NCBI GenBank assembly: GCA_947478465.1
Contig: CANJWH010000010.1
Location: forward strand, 991 to 64,990
Length of the DNA stretch: 64,000 nt
Source of the DNA: Bacteroidota bacterium
GTDB lineage: Bacteria; Bacteroidota; Bacteroidia; SXHM01
Reading direction: 5' to 3'
In this document: positions 10,310 through 19,796 of the stretch, in pieces
Position numbering within the stretch: position 1 is the first letter of the stretch
Layout: each line of letters opens with the position of its first letter
Notes under the pieces: model-generated
Database searches by the model: none
Told to the model about the DNA's origin: nothing
What the model saw: the letters and a program-made list of their open reading frames with translations, nothing else
Position numbers and translations under genes: made by a program

Positions 10310-11038
10310 ATGCGAACGATAGAAATAACCACCACACAGAATGTAACCATTGAATATGAACTCGCTTCGTTTCGCGATCGCTTCTTTGCATTCTTCCTTG
10401 ATTTCTGGATTCTGAATTTTTCTATACTGCTTCTTTATCTTTTCTGGATGTGGGTTTTTGGCTTAGACAGCATCAACTATTTTCTGTATCTGGTTATACT
10501 TCCTATCTATCTTTTCTATTCGCCTGCAAGTGAAATTTGGATGAACGGACAATCATTGGGTAAAAAAGCAATTGGTATAAAAGTGGCGAAGCTAAATGGC
10601 AAACAACCCGTGATAAGTGATTATTTGATTCGCTGGGCTTTCAGGCTTGTTGACATTTGGTTTTCCTCAGGCACAATTGCTGCGGTGTTAGTAAACTCTA
10701 CTGTTCGTGGTCAAAGACTGGGTGATATGCTGGCACATACAACAGTTATTAAAACGCGTTCATCATTAAGCATTGAAATTGCAGACGTATTGAGAATAAA
10801 TACCCGCGAAAATTATGAGCCCAAATATCCCCAGGTTCGTGGGTTGAGTGAGAGCGATATGCTGCTGATAAAATCATTAATTGAACGCACCAAAAAATAT
10901 AACAATACGGCACACAAAGAAGCATTGGATATGTTAGTACAAAAACTGCGGGATGTTCTTAACATTGACGAAAAACCAAAAGATAAAGTTGCTTTTTTAA
11001 AAACGTTGCTGAATGATTATATAGTTCTCACCAGATGA
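10310..11038 (+). CDS. RDD family membrane protein
   Basis: ASFRDRFFAFFLD, GQSLGKK, QRLGDMLAHTTV. Confidence 0.9.
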   Translation: MRTIEITTTQNVTIEYELASFRDRFFAFFLDFWILNFSILLLYLFWMWVFGLDSINYFLYLVILPIYLFYSPASEIWMNGQSLGKKAIGIKVAKLNGKQPVISDYLIRWAFRLVDIWFSSGTIAAVLVNSTVRGQRLGDMLAHTTVIKTRSSLSIEIADVLRINTRENYEPKYPQVRGLSESDMLLIKSLIERTKKYNNTAHKEALDMLVQKLRDVLNIDEKPKDKVAFLKTLLNDYIVLTR

Positions 11039-11799
11039 AACTGCTTTTCAAAATCATACAACCTGTTTATTCCATTTGGAGTTACCTGATTTTTTTTCTC
11101 TTCGTGGCAGTGAGCATTTTTATTACTCCGCTAATAATTATAGCAGGAGGTAAAAATTATATTCGCCCGCTGATGAGGTATTACCGCTTTTGGAGTGATG
11201 TATGGTTTGCGCTCAGTTTTATGAAACAGGATTTTACGGGCTATGAGAATATTGACCCCAACCTCGCTTATGTAGTTTCGGGTACACACTCTTCAACGCT
11301 GGATTTGTTTGCCTGTGGTTCGTCCATAAAAATGGCGTACAAAACTTTGGCTAAAGTGGAGACCGGAAAAATTCCTGTAGTAGGTTATCTATTTCGTGTT
11401 GCCTGTTTGTTTGTTGACCGCAGCAGCCCCGAAAGCCGCAAGGCAAGCATTGATAATATGATAAAGGAATTGCGCCAGGGAACTTCCATTCTTATTATGC
11501 CCGAAGGCACACGCAACCGCTCGGGCAAGCCGTTGAAAGAATTTCATGATGGAGCTTTCCGTATTGCAATAGAAACACAAACACCATTGCTGCCCATGGT
11601 GGTTTTAAACTGCCGCACGCTGATGCCGATGGATACGTTATTGGTTACACCCGGAACGGTGGGTGTGCGTTTTCTTAAACCGATTGAAACTACCGGCATG
11701 ACCGAAAAAGATATTCCAGCACTAAAGGACAAGGTTTACAAATTACAGGAAGAGGTGATTTTGAAGGAGGATTCTTTCTTTGAGTTAAGTAGGAATTAG
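11035..11799 (+). CDS. plsC: 1-acyl-sn-glycerol-3-phosphate acyltransferase family
   Basis: HSSTLD (Hx4D), FVDR, MPEGTRN, FHDGAF. Confidence 0.82.
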   Translation: MKLLFKIIQPVYSIWSYLIFFLFVAVSIFITPLIIIAGGKNYIRPLMRYYRFWSDVWFALSFMKQDFTGYENIDPNLAYVVSGTHSSTLDLFACGSSIKMAYKTLAKVETGKIPVVGYLFRVACLFVDRSSPESRKASIDNMIKELRQGTSILIMPEGTRNRSGKPLKEFHDGAFRIAIETQTPLLPMVVLNCRTLMPMDTLLVTPGTVGVRFLKPIETTGMTEKDIPALKDKVYKLQEEVILKEDSFFELSRN

Positions 11800-11891
11800 G
11801 CAAGTAGCTAAATCCTATTTGGCTACTTGCCTATATGGCTTACCTTTGCGGCTAACCTCTATTTGGCTACTTGCCTAACTTCTACTTGGCT
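11796..11891. repeat. Short 8-mer-based direct/inverted repeat element around the rnhA promoter
   Basis: CTATTTGGCTACTTGCCTA repeated at 11815 and 11859; inverted arm TTAGGCAAGTAGC at 11796; related run at 38845-38871. Confidence 0.7.
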
Positions 11892-11896
11892 TAAAA

Positions 11897-12367
11897 ATGA
11901 TTACAATCTACACCGATGGCAGTGCACTTGGAAACCCCGGACCGGGTGGCTACGGTATTGTGCTTTTAAAAGATCATCACCGCAAAGAAGTTTCGCAGGG
12001 CTACCGATTGACTACAAACAACCGTATGGAACTGCTCAGCGTTATTGTTGCTTTGGAAATGATTAAAGTACCCAATAGTCAAATTACCATTTTTTCCGAT
12101 TCTAAATATGTAGTTGACTCGGTTGACAAGGGTTGGGTTTTTGGTTGGGTAAAAAAAGGCTTTAAAGACAAAAAAAATGTTGACCTCTGGAAACGCTTCC
12201 TTTTAATTTACCCCCAACACCATATAAAATTCAAGTGGGTAAAAGGTCATGCTGCCAACCCCTTAAATGAACGCTGCGACCAACTTGCAGTAGCTGCTTC
12301 CAACAGCAGAAATTTATTGGTAGATGAAGGGTATGAGGCTATCCGTAAAGCGGAAGGTTTGTTTTAG
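11897..12367 (+). CDS. rnhA: Ribonuclease HI
   Basis: IYTDGSALGNPGPGG, TTNNRMEL, DSKYV, KNVDLW, WVKGHA, NERCDQLA. Confidence 0.97.
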   Translation: MITIYTDGSALGNPGPGGYGIVLLKDHHRKEVSQGYRLTTNNRMELLSVIVALEMIKVPNSQITIFSDSKYVVDSVDKGWVFGWVKKGFKDKKNVDLWKRFLLIYPQHHIKFKWVKGHAANPLNERCDQLAVAASNSRNLLVDEGYEAIRKAEGLF

Positions 12368-12713
12368 CCACAGATTAGCACAGATTTTCTTCTATTTCCT
12401 ATGCATTTCAACCTCCATCCGCTATATAAAACCTCCTATCATGTAGTGATAATCTATGATTTTTTATAAAAAATTGAACATTAGTACATTTTGGGATGCT
12501 TCCAAATATTCATTTTTAAACTTATTATTGTTCTAAATTTAAGTTTATCATAATAAATTAAACATTAGTATATACTAAAATATAGTTTAATATAAAATAA
12601 TTAATAAAAGAATATAGTGTAATTTACTTTATTGTAAAAATATATATATTAGCATCCTTGTATTTAGTATTTTGTATTCAAAACTCAATTTTTAGCCCCT
12701 AAAACATAAAATA

Positions 12714-13649
12714 ATGTCAGCCGAGGCAAAGTTCTACCCTAAATCAAATCAAGGCCGCCTACAAGCGCTAATGATGGCGTTTATGCAAAACGCTAATGCA
12801 ACGGGCAATAATCCGCTAACACAACGTACAAAAGACCGTCTGAATGCTATATACCCAGAGTATAATAGCAAGATGCTGGCAATGCGTTCAAAAAAAGCAG
12901 AGTCAGCCGGCCTTATGGCTGAAAAAGAAAAGCTGCGTGAAAAAGTAGCCATGTATTGTTCTCATTTTATTCAGGTATTTAATATGTGTATAAGAAGGGG
13001 TGAGTATCCTGCAGGCGACCGCGCTTTTTACCAGTTGGCAGTTGAAAACGAAAAACTGCCCCCCCTTCAGTTAGAGCGTCAGGTTGCCAGAGTTGCCCAA
13101 AATATAATAAAGGGAGAGCAAATACGTGTAACACAAGGTGGTTCACCAATGAGCCGTCCTTCAGCCGATGAGATTGAGGATATTTTCATCATTTATAAAA
13201 ACCTGATATCCACCGGCAGCAATGCCAAAGATGCACTTGACAATGCACAGGAAGATTTGCAGCGCCTTAACAAAGAGGCCAATGGGGTGATAAAAAAAGT
13301 ATGGCATGAGGCAGAGGTTTTTTATAATGAACAGTCCCGTCCTTCTATGCGCGAACATGCCCGCAGATGGGGAGTAGAATATGCCCGCAAAGGCTACAAG
13401 AAAAAAATATACGGGACCGTTACCGATCACGAGACCGGTATGCCGCTTGAGCGTGTGCAAGTCAAATTATCCTCAGGTCGCAAAAAAATCATCACCTCTA
13501 TTGATGGCAAATTTGTACTTCCCACCTCGCTTATGGATGAACAAAAACTAACCGCAACACTTGCCGGCTACAAACATCTTGAAACAGAAATTACCCTTTA
13601 TGAAAATCGGGATACTGTCTGTAATATCAGGATTGTGAAAGTTGAGTAA
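12714..13649 (+). CDS. Hypothetical protein: long helical N-terminus plus C-terminal carboxypeptidase-regulatory-like beta domain
   Basis: 311-aa ORF with A-rich start context; C-terminal IYGTVTDHETGMPLERVQV...GY pattern; no signal peptide. Confidence 0.7.
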   Translation: MSAEAKFYPKSNQGRLQALMMAFMQNANATGNNPLTQRTKDRLNAIYPEYNSKMLAMRSKKAESAGLMAEKEKLREKVAMYCSHFIQVFNMCIRRGEYPAGDRAFYQLAVENEKLPPLQLERQVARVAQNIIKGEQIRVTQGGSPMSRPSADEIEDIFIIYKNLISTGSNAKDALDNAQEDLQRLNKEANGVIKKVWHEAEVFYNEQSRPSMREHARRWGVEYARKGYKKKIYGTVTDHETGMPLERVQVKLSSGRKKIITSIDGKFVLPTSLMDEQKLTATLAGYKHLETEITLYENRDTVCNIRIVKVE

Positions 13650-13687
13650 CCTCAAAAAACCTGCTACCCTTTGAGGGTTTTTTGAGG
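13650..13687 (+). terminator. Hairpin / probable terminator
   Basis: CCTCAAAAAACC / GGTTTTTTGAGG 12-bp inverted repeat directly after the stop codon. Confidence 0.5.
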
Positions 13688-13815
13688 GTCAGACATTTTT
13701 GTGCCGGCTCTTTTGTGCCAATTTGTTGACTAAAATCACATTCTTTTCTGACTGCCATCATTGTCCGCAAAATGCGCTCTATACATCTTTGTGCTAAACC
13801 AAAAATATAATTATC

Positions 13816-14487
13816 ATGAAAAAAATCTTTTCAATTGCGCTCACAGCAGTGTTGCTTACCTCACTAAATTCCTGTAAAAAGGACTCGCCCGAAGGTCCCA
13901 ACGATTTAGGAGGCGAAACTAATATTGAGCTTACACAGGTAGGCAATGTTTCGTCAGCCTATATGAAGTTTGGTAGTATGAATTTACCCTCTGGAGAAAT
14001 GACGGTTACCAGCAATGACAATGGAATAGTTACTTACCATATGTTTGTTGACCTTACCGGCTCGCCCGACTCTGCAATGTTGGCAGGCGTTATACCCGAT
14101 TCGTATAAAGATGCCGATGGAAATGTGTCAACAGAATTTACGTTCAAAATTACTTCAGAAGGTGTTCAGGATATATTTAAACGCGACCGTCCTTGGACGA
14201 TTGTAAAATATGATGATGAAGTAGGTACAACCTACCCATTCACTACTGATAACGGAACCGAATTGGTGCGTACCATTACCGAAAAAACCGGGCAGGACGA
14301 TTGGCCAATGGGTTTTATGTACATCAAAACCTCTAAGGTTGAACAACTTTTGCCGCCAACAGACAAGACTGCTGAAAAAATAACCTTCCGCGCTAACCAC
14401 AAATTTGGTCTTGTTTACATCGAACTTCAGTTGAAAAATGGAGGAGGCACAGCCAGTATAGATATTGTTCCCTGGTTTCTGCTTTAA
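13816..14487 (+). CDS. Hypothetical lipoprotein
   Basis: Lipobox LNSC followed by KKD; beta-rich; no family recognised. Confidence 0.8.
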   Translation: MKKIFSIALTAVLLTSLNSCKKDSPEGPNDLGGETNIELTQVGNVSSAYMKFGSMNLPSGEMTVTSNDNGIVTYHMFVDLTGSPDSAMLAGVIPDSYKDADGNVSTEFTFKITSEGVQDIFKRDRPWTIVKYDDEVGTTYPFTTDNGTELVRTITEKTGQDDWPMGFMYIKTSKVEQLLPPTDKTAEKITFRANHKFGLVYIELQLKNGGGTASIDIVPWFLL

Positions 14488-14498
14488 TTCATAGTTTT

Positions 14499-14549
14499 AA
14501 AAATAAAAAGAGCAGTCCCGCCAAAGGTGGAACGGCTCTTTTTATTTTT
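14499..14549. terminator. Bidirectional intrinsic terminator
   Basis: AAAATAAAAAGAGC...GCTCTTTTTATTTT between convergent genes. Confidence 0.75.
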
Positions 14550-14558
14550 AACAGTTAT

Positions 14559-14906
14559 TTACTGTTTTGTTGCAGTTTTCCCTAAAAACAACAACTCATT
14601 TACCACAATCTCGGTGATGTATTTTTTCTCACCTTCTTTAGATGTGTAGTTGCGTGAAGTCAGTTTACCTTCAATAGCTACCTCGCTGCCTTTGGTCAGA
14701 TATTTTTGCGCAAGCTCTGCGGTTTTTCCCCAGGCAACCAGATTGTGCCAGCAGGTTTCGGTTACTTTTTCGCCTTTTGCGTTGGTAAAAGTTTCGTTGG
14801 TGGCAAGCGCAATACGTGCTACTTTTTTACCTTTCTCAAATTCTTTCACTTCAGGAGTTGCTCCCAGATTTCCGATTAAGCGTACGCTGTTTCTTAATGT
14901 GTTCAT
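14559..14906 (-). CDS. ssb: Single-stranded DNA-binding protein (short form, no acidic tail)
   Basis: NSVRLIGNLG, LATNE, TCWHNLVAWG, KGSEVAIEGKL; ends GKTATKQ. Confidence 0.92.
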   Translation of the reverse strand: MNTLRNSVRLIGNLGATPEVKEFEKGKKVARIALATNETFTNAKGEKVTETCWHNLVAWGKTAELAQKYLTKGSEVAIEGKLTSRNYTSKEGEKKYITEIVVNELLFLGKTATKQ

Positions 14907-14996
14907 GATGTTTTTGTTTTTTAGTTAAACGTGAATTTTGTTTTGTCATTGTTGACGGCACAAAGGAACATCCACCCCAAACCGAAAGGCGGAAAG

Positions 14997-15046
14997 TATC
15001 CGTTTACTTCTGAAAATAAACGTGTATAGCCGTTTGTAAACGGATA
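14997..15046. promoter_or_regulatory. Nested inverted repeats built from CGTTTA/TAAACG half-sites
   Basis: TATCCGTTTAC (14997-15007) / GTAAACGGATA (15036-15046) perfect 11-bp inverted repeat; extra half-sites at 15017, 15031 and 14926. Confidence 0.55.
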
Positions 15047-15081
15047 AATAGTTATACATTTACACAAATAAGTTGCTGAAA

Positions 15082-15453
15082 ATGAAAGAAGAGAAACAAT
15101 GTCTTGAATGTGGCGAACATTTAAAAGGCCGTGCCGACAAAAAATTCTGTGACGACCAGTGTCGCAGTAATTACAACAACAAAGCCAACAGCGATACCAC
15201 TGCAGAAATGCGCAACGTAAACAACATTTTGCGCAAAAACCGCAGAATACTCAGCACCATCGTTTCGCCCGATGGCAAAGGAAAAATCAGCAAAGCAAAA
15301 CTAACCGACAAAGGATTTAATTTCAAATACCACACCCATACTCACACGACTTTAAAAGGAAGCACTTACAAACTGTGCTACGATTATGGATATTTGCCCA
15401 TTGAAAATGATTTCATCATGGTTGTAAAATGGGACGCGGGGTTTAAGCAATGA
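15082..15453 (+). CDS. Zinc-ribbon protein (DUF2116-like)
   Basis: CLECG...GRADKKFCDDQCRS motif, NNILRKNRRIL, GFNFKYHT, CYDYGY. Confidence 0.8.
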   Translation: MKEEKQCLECGEHLKGRADKKFCDDQCRSNYNNKANSDTTAEMRNVNNILRKNRRILSTIVSPDGKGKISKAKLTDKGFNFKYHTHTHTTLKGSTYKLCYDYGYLPIENDFIMVVKWDAGFKQ

Positions 15454-17303
15454 AAATAACGTTTAATCTAGGTTCCGCTTTCACTATTATCTTCATTTTA
15501 TTTCTTGCAGTTTTCACTTTCCCCGAATTTGATCCTGTCATCGGACTTGGCTTAGATCAGGGCTATGTTTTTTGCTTCAACTATTTTTTCAATCAGGGAA
15601 TTTCACATGGCACTGATGCTATTTTCAGTTACGGTCCTTTAGGTTTTATACGCTTTCCGCTGCTGATAGGAAATAATTATCTGCTTACGTTTTGTTTCAC
15701 GTTTGCTTTTCAACTGCTTTTTTTGTGGCTTATTTTTCAGGCTGCACGACACGTAAACGAAAAAAATATTTGGCTTGCCTTCATTGCTGCTTTATTGCTA
15801 AGCGCCAACCTGCGCATTGACGAAAAAATGATGGGTTGTGTGGCGTTTGCGTTGGTGCTGCATTCCACTTCGCGCAAAAATTATTTTCTGATAATTGCGG
15901 CTGTTGTTACCGCACTTTCGTTTTTTGTAAAGCTGAACATTGCAGCAGCTGCTGTAATGATGGCGTCATCGTATCTGGTTCTTGATTTTATCCGGAATAA
16001 AAAATTCAAGAATCTTTTAATCACTCTTGGAGTTGGTTTTAGTATTTATTTTTTCTTGTGGTTTGCCATCAATCATAATTTATATGGCAGCTTGCTACAC
16101 CTTCGCAACTGGTTTTTCATCAGCAACGGAAACCTTGGTGCTACTTCAGTAAATGCACCTAACGATAAAACTCTACTCTCGTTGATGCTCATTTTTCTTG
16201 CCGGATATTGGCACTTGTTCCGCAGCAAAAATGTAAATACTGTGTACGTGATTTTTGCGTTTGCATTGTGGGCAGTATTTCGGTATTCCATTGCCCGTGA
16301 AGAGAATCATCATGCAATGGCATTTTTTAATTTCCTGATTTTATTTGGTGGAACTTTGTTTCTTGCTGATGAAAAGATCGGTGGTCTGCGGATTGCTATT
16401 CTTATTGCTATTCCTTATTTATATTATCAAAATATAAAACAGACCGGGCATTTTCACATGGAATGGAAAATCAAACATGGAGGAATTGCCAATTTCAAAA
16501 GAGCGATAAATATTTTTCGCGATGGGGAAGAGGAGTTCAACAAACAATCGCAACAAAATCTTGCTGCTGTTGTGTTAGCCGACAGCGCCCGAAAAATTAT
16601 TAGTAATAATACCGTTGATATTTTCCCTTGGGAAACAAGTTATGTTGCTGCCAATAAACTGAACTACAGAAACCGTCCGCTCTTTCAATTGGGTTGTGTA
16701 AACAGTGCTGTTCTGGATAAAGTAAATGCAGATTTTCTGCAATCAGAAAAAGCGCCCCTCTATTACATCTGGACCAAACAAAACTGGTGGGGACAGGAAA
16801 TGAGCAGCATAGATTTCCGCTACATTTTAAGCGATGATGGCCAGGTAAATTTTGCAATCATGAATAATTACTCACAGATATATGAAGATGAAAAAGTGCG
16901 CATTCTTAAACGCACAGAGAAAGAAAAATTAGCAGTTGAAAAATTCAATCACACAAATACTATCAATTGGAACGAGTGGACTCTACTTCCTGAATTAGCA
17001 AACGGAATTGCCTTGCGCATGAAGTTCAACATTGACAGAACATTCGTGGGAAAACTCAAGCATTCATTTTATAAAGAGCCTGAATATTATATGCTCTATC
17101 AATTACAAAACGACAGCATTAAAAAACATCGGCTAATAGTACAAAACACTGAAAGCGGAATTTGGGCTGCACCTTATTTAACGCAATACAGCGATAGCCT
17201 GAAAGGTGAAAAAGTAAAAGCAATTAAGTTTGTTTATACCGACCGCGAGTTTATTTACAAGCCGCAGTTCAGTGTGGAATGGGAGCAGATAAAAGTAAAA
17301 TAA
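15450..17303 (+). CDS. Polytopic membrane protein with large C-terminal soluble domain (GT-C glycosyltransferase-like)
   Basis: About 11 hydrophobic segments; GLD...FSYGPLG loop after TM1; soluble C-terminal half. Confidence 0.6.
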   Translation: MKITFNLGSAFTIIFILFLAVFTFPEFDPVIGLGLDQGYVFCFNYFFNQGISHGTDAIFSYGPLGFIRFPLLIGNNYLLTFCFTFAFQLLFLWLIFQAARHVNEKNIWLAFIAALLLSANLRIDEKMMGCVAFALVLHSTSRKNYFLIIAAVVTALSFFVKLNIAAAAVMMASSYLVLDFIRNKKFKNLLITLGVGFSIYFFLWFAINHNLYGSLLHLRNWFFISNGNLGATSVNAPNDKTLLSLMLIFLAGYWHLFRSKNVNTVYVIFAFALWAVFRYSIAREENHHAMAFFNFLILFGGTLFLADEKIGGLRIAILIAIPYLYYQNIKQTGHFHMEWKIKHGGIANFKRAINIFRDGEEEFNKQSQQNLAAVVLADSARKIISNNTVDIFPWETSYVAANKLNYRNRPLFQLGCVNSAVLDKVNADFLQSEKAPLYYIWTKQNWWGQEMSSIDFRYILSDDGQVNFAIMNNYSQIYEDEKVRILKRTEKEKLAVEKFNHTNTINWNEWTLLPELANGIALRMKFNIDRTFVGKLKHSFYKEPEYYMLYQLQNDSIKKHRLIVQNTESGIWAAPYLTQYSDSLKGEKVKAIKFVYTDREFIYKPQFSVEWEQIKVK

Positions 17304-17337
17304 AAGAGCCCCGCAATCTGCGGGGCTCTTTTATTTT
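17297..17337. terminator. Bidirectional intrinsic terminator
   Basis: AAAATAAAAGAGCCCCGCA-ATC-TGCGGGGCTCTTTTATTTT perfect stem between convergent genes. Confidence 0.85.
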
Positions 17338-17350
17338 TATGTATTACAAC

Positions 17351-17953
17351 TTACGCCTTTTTCAAATTCGCAGCTACTTCATCCCAGTTAATTACATTCC
17401 AGAAAGCGCCAATGTAATCAGGTCTGCGGTTTTGGTAGTGTAGGTAATACGCATGTTCCCATACATCAAGACCAAGAATAGGAGTTCCTTTTACTTCAGC
17501 AATATCCATCAAAGGATTATCCTGATTAGGTGAAGAGGTAACAACTAATTTACCGTCATGCACCAATAGCCAAGCCCATCCCGAGCCAAAGCGTGTTGCA
17601 CCTGCATTGTTAAATTGTTCTTTAAATGTATCAAACGATCCGAAGTCGCGGTTGATAGCAGCAGCTAAATCTCCTGTTGGCAATCCACCACCTCCGGGTT
17701 TCATCACTTTCCAGAACAGACTGTGGTTATAGTGCCCGCCACCGTTGTTGCGCACAGCAGCTGATACTTTTGAAATGTTTTTCAAAATCTCTTCAATGCT
17801 TTGCGAAGCCAGCGGAGTTCCTTCAATAGCTTTGTTCAGGTTAGTAACATATGCGTTGTGATGTTTGCTGTGATGGATTTCCATTGTGCGTGCATCAATA
17901 TGCGGCTCCAACGCAGCATATTCATAAGGAAGTTTTGGTAATTCAAATGCCAT
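17351..17953 (-). CDS. sodA: Superoxide dismutase (Mn-type signature)
   Basis: [36 protein letters not shown]. Confidence 0.95.
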   Translation of the reverse strand: MAFELPKLPYEYAALEPHIDARTMEIHHSKHHNAYVTNLNKAIEGTPLASQSIEEILKNISKVSAAVRNNGGGHYNHSLFWKVMKPGGGGLPTGDLAAAINRDFGSFDTFKEQFNNAGATRFGSGWAWLLVHDGKLVVTSSPNQDNPLMDIAEVKGTPILGLDVWEHAYYLHYQNRRPDYIGAFWNVINWDEVAANLKKA

Positions 17954-18069
17954 GATATTTTAGTTTTTAAGGGTTAGTAATTTTTAAGAGGCTTCAAAGA
18001 TAGAACTCTGTGAAAACAAATTCAAACTTAATGAAATGATAACACCTCAAGCCTGAAAAAGTTTTATTT

Positions 18070-18243
18070 CTAACCTTTAGCAGTGCTTATCTTCTTGTTC
18101 ATTTCTCTTCCGTTGCTGAACAAACCACCGGCATAATAAAAGTCGGCATCAGCTAAGACTAAGAATCTTGCTTCCAGTTTTTCTATTTGTGCTAACAGAC
18201 GCTGTTTAACTGCAAGTTGAGTCGTTTTAGTAGTTTTACTCAT
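18070..18243 (-). CDS. Small hypothetical protein (57 aa; alternative start at 18288)
   Basis: ATG preceded by a typical A-rich context (AAAAACAAATAATAAC-ATG); no family recognised. Confidence 0.45.
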   Translation of the reverse strand: MSKTTKTTQLAVKQRLLAQIEKLEARFLVLADADFYYAGGLFSNGREMNKKISTAKG

Positions 18244-18442
18244 GTTATTATTTGTTTTTAAGTTGTATTCGTGAGACTTCGTGTTCATTGTTTTATGTTT
18301 TAATGAATTATCAGACTGCAAAGATGTATTGTCTTTAAAGCAATAGTGTTGCACAATTCCTTAATAGACTTGTATCATTCACACATTCTTCTGCTATTAG
18401 TATTACTGAATACTTATTTTTGGCTGCACTAAAAACACAATC

Positions 18443-19792
18443 ATGGCAGACTTTATACTTGAATACGGACACAAACCCGGATGGAAATCAATTTTCAATT
18501 TGCTTGGAATTACAGTTCCTCCGCGACTGAAACGTTTAAAAGGCAGTTGGAAAAAACAAATCCTTGCCGGTAAAAAAGTAGTGACTTCAACAGGTGGGAT
18601 TAATTCTTTCGTTATCAGAAATATCTATGATGAACTAGGCGGCCATGCTTTAATAAATTCTCTTCCTGCCGAAGACCGCGCAGATGTTTTGTTGTTTGAT
18701 GCAACAGGAATCGAATCCGTTGCCCAACTGAAATTACTCTATGGTTTTTTTCATGCTAATGCAGGGAAGCTGGCTAATAATTCACGCGTTGTTATAATCA
18801 GTCTTAACCCCACAGGAAGTGCAGAACATGTTTCTGCACAACAAGCGATAGAAGGTTTTTCGCGTTCAGTTGCAAAAGAAGTTGGCAGAAAAGGAGCTAC
18901 AGTAAATCTTGTGCGTTTGGAAAATAAAAACGCAACAGAGCAACAACTTTTACCTGTTTTGAATTTTCTTTTTTCAGAAGCATCTGCATTTGTAACGGCA
19001 CAGGTTTTCAGAATCAATTCAACAGGAAATGTTCCGCAAATTATTCCTTTGGAAAATTCGCTTACAGGAAAAATTGCATTGGTAACAGGCGCTGCACGCG
19101 GCATTGGCGAAGCCACTGCACGCAAACTTGCTGCTGAAGGCGCAACCGTTATTGTGCTCGACAGACCGGAAGATTCAGAGGCAGGAAAAAAAGTTGCCGA
19201 CTCCATTAACGGAAAATTTCTTGCTGCTGATATGAGTAAAGAAGAGTCTGCAACAATCATAAATGATTACCTTAAAAAAGAATTTAATGGTGTTGATATT
19301 GTAATTCACAATGCAGGAATTACACGCGATAAAACCATTGCAAAAATGGATGAAAAATATTGGGATATGGTGTTGAATGTAAATCTGCAAGCGCTCATCA
19401 GAACCAATAATCTGTTGCTGAAATCAGGAACCATCCGCAACAACGGACGAATTGTTTGTCTTTCTTCCATCTCTGGTTTTTCAGGCAATTTCGGACAGAC
19501 AAATTATTCTGCAACTAAAGCAGGAATCATTGGTTATGTAAAAGCATTAGCTGAAGAACAAGCGGCAAACAACATTACTTCAAACGCAGTTGCTCCAGGT
19601 TTTATTGAAACCAAAATGACAGCAAAAATGCCTTTGTTCACCAAAATGGGCGGACGCAGATTGAGCAACTTAAACCAAGGCGGTTTAGCTGAAGATGTGG
19701 CTGATATGATTACTTTCCTCTCCTCACCGGGTGCGGCAGGTATTAATGGACAAACCCTGCGGGTTTGCGGAGGAAGTTATATCGGAGCGTAA
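18443..19792 (+). CDS. High-molecular-weight 3-oxoacyl-ACP/CoA reductase (FabG4-like, two-domain SDR)
   Basis: N-terminal domain with FDATGI and RSVAKEVG; C-terminal SDR TGAARGIG, HNAGITRDKT, SSISG, YSATK. Confidence 0.88.
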   Translation: MADFILEYGHKPGWKSIFNLLGITVPPRLKRLKGSWKKQILAGKKVVTSTGGINSFVIRNIYDELGGHALINSLPAEDRADVLLFDATGIESVAQLKLLYGFFHANAGKLANNSRVVIISLNPTGSAEHVSAQQAIEGFSRSVAKEVGRKGATVNLVRLENKNATEQQLLPVLNFLFSEASAFVTAQVFRINSTGNVPQIIPLENSLTGKIALVTGAARGIGEATARKLAAEGATVIVLDRPEDSEAGKKVADSINGKFLAADMSKEESATIINDYLKKEFNGVDIVIHNAGITRDKTIAKMDEKYWDMVLNVNLQALIRTNNLLLKSGTIRNNGRIVCLSSISGFSGNFGQTNYSATKAGIIGYVKALAEEQAANNITSNAVAPGFIETKMTAKMPLFTKMGGRRLSNLNQGGLAEDVADMITFLSSPGAAGINGQTLRVCGGSYIGA

Positions 19793-19796
19793 AGTT

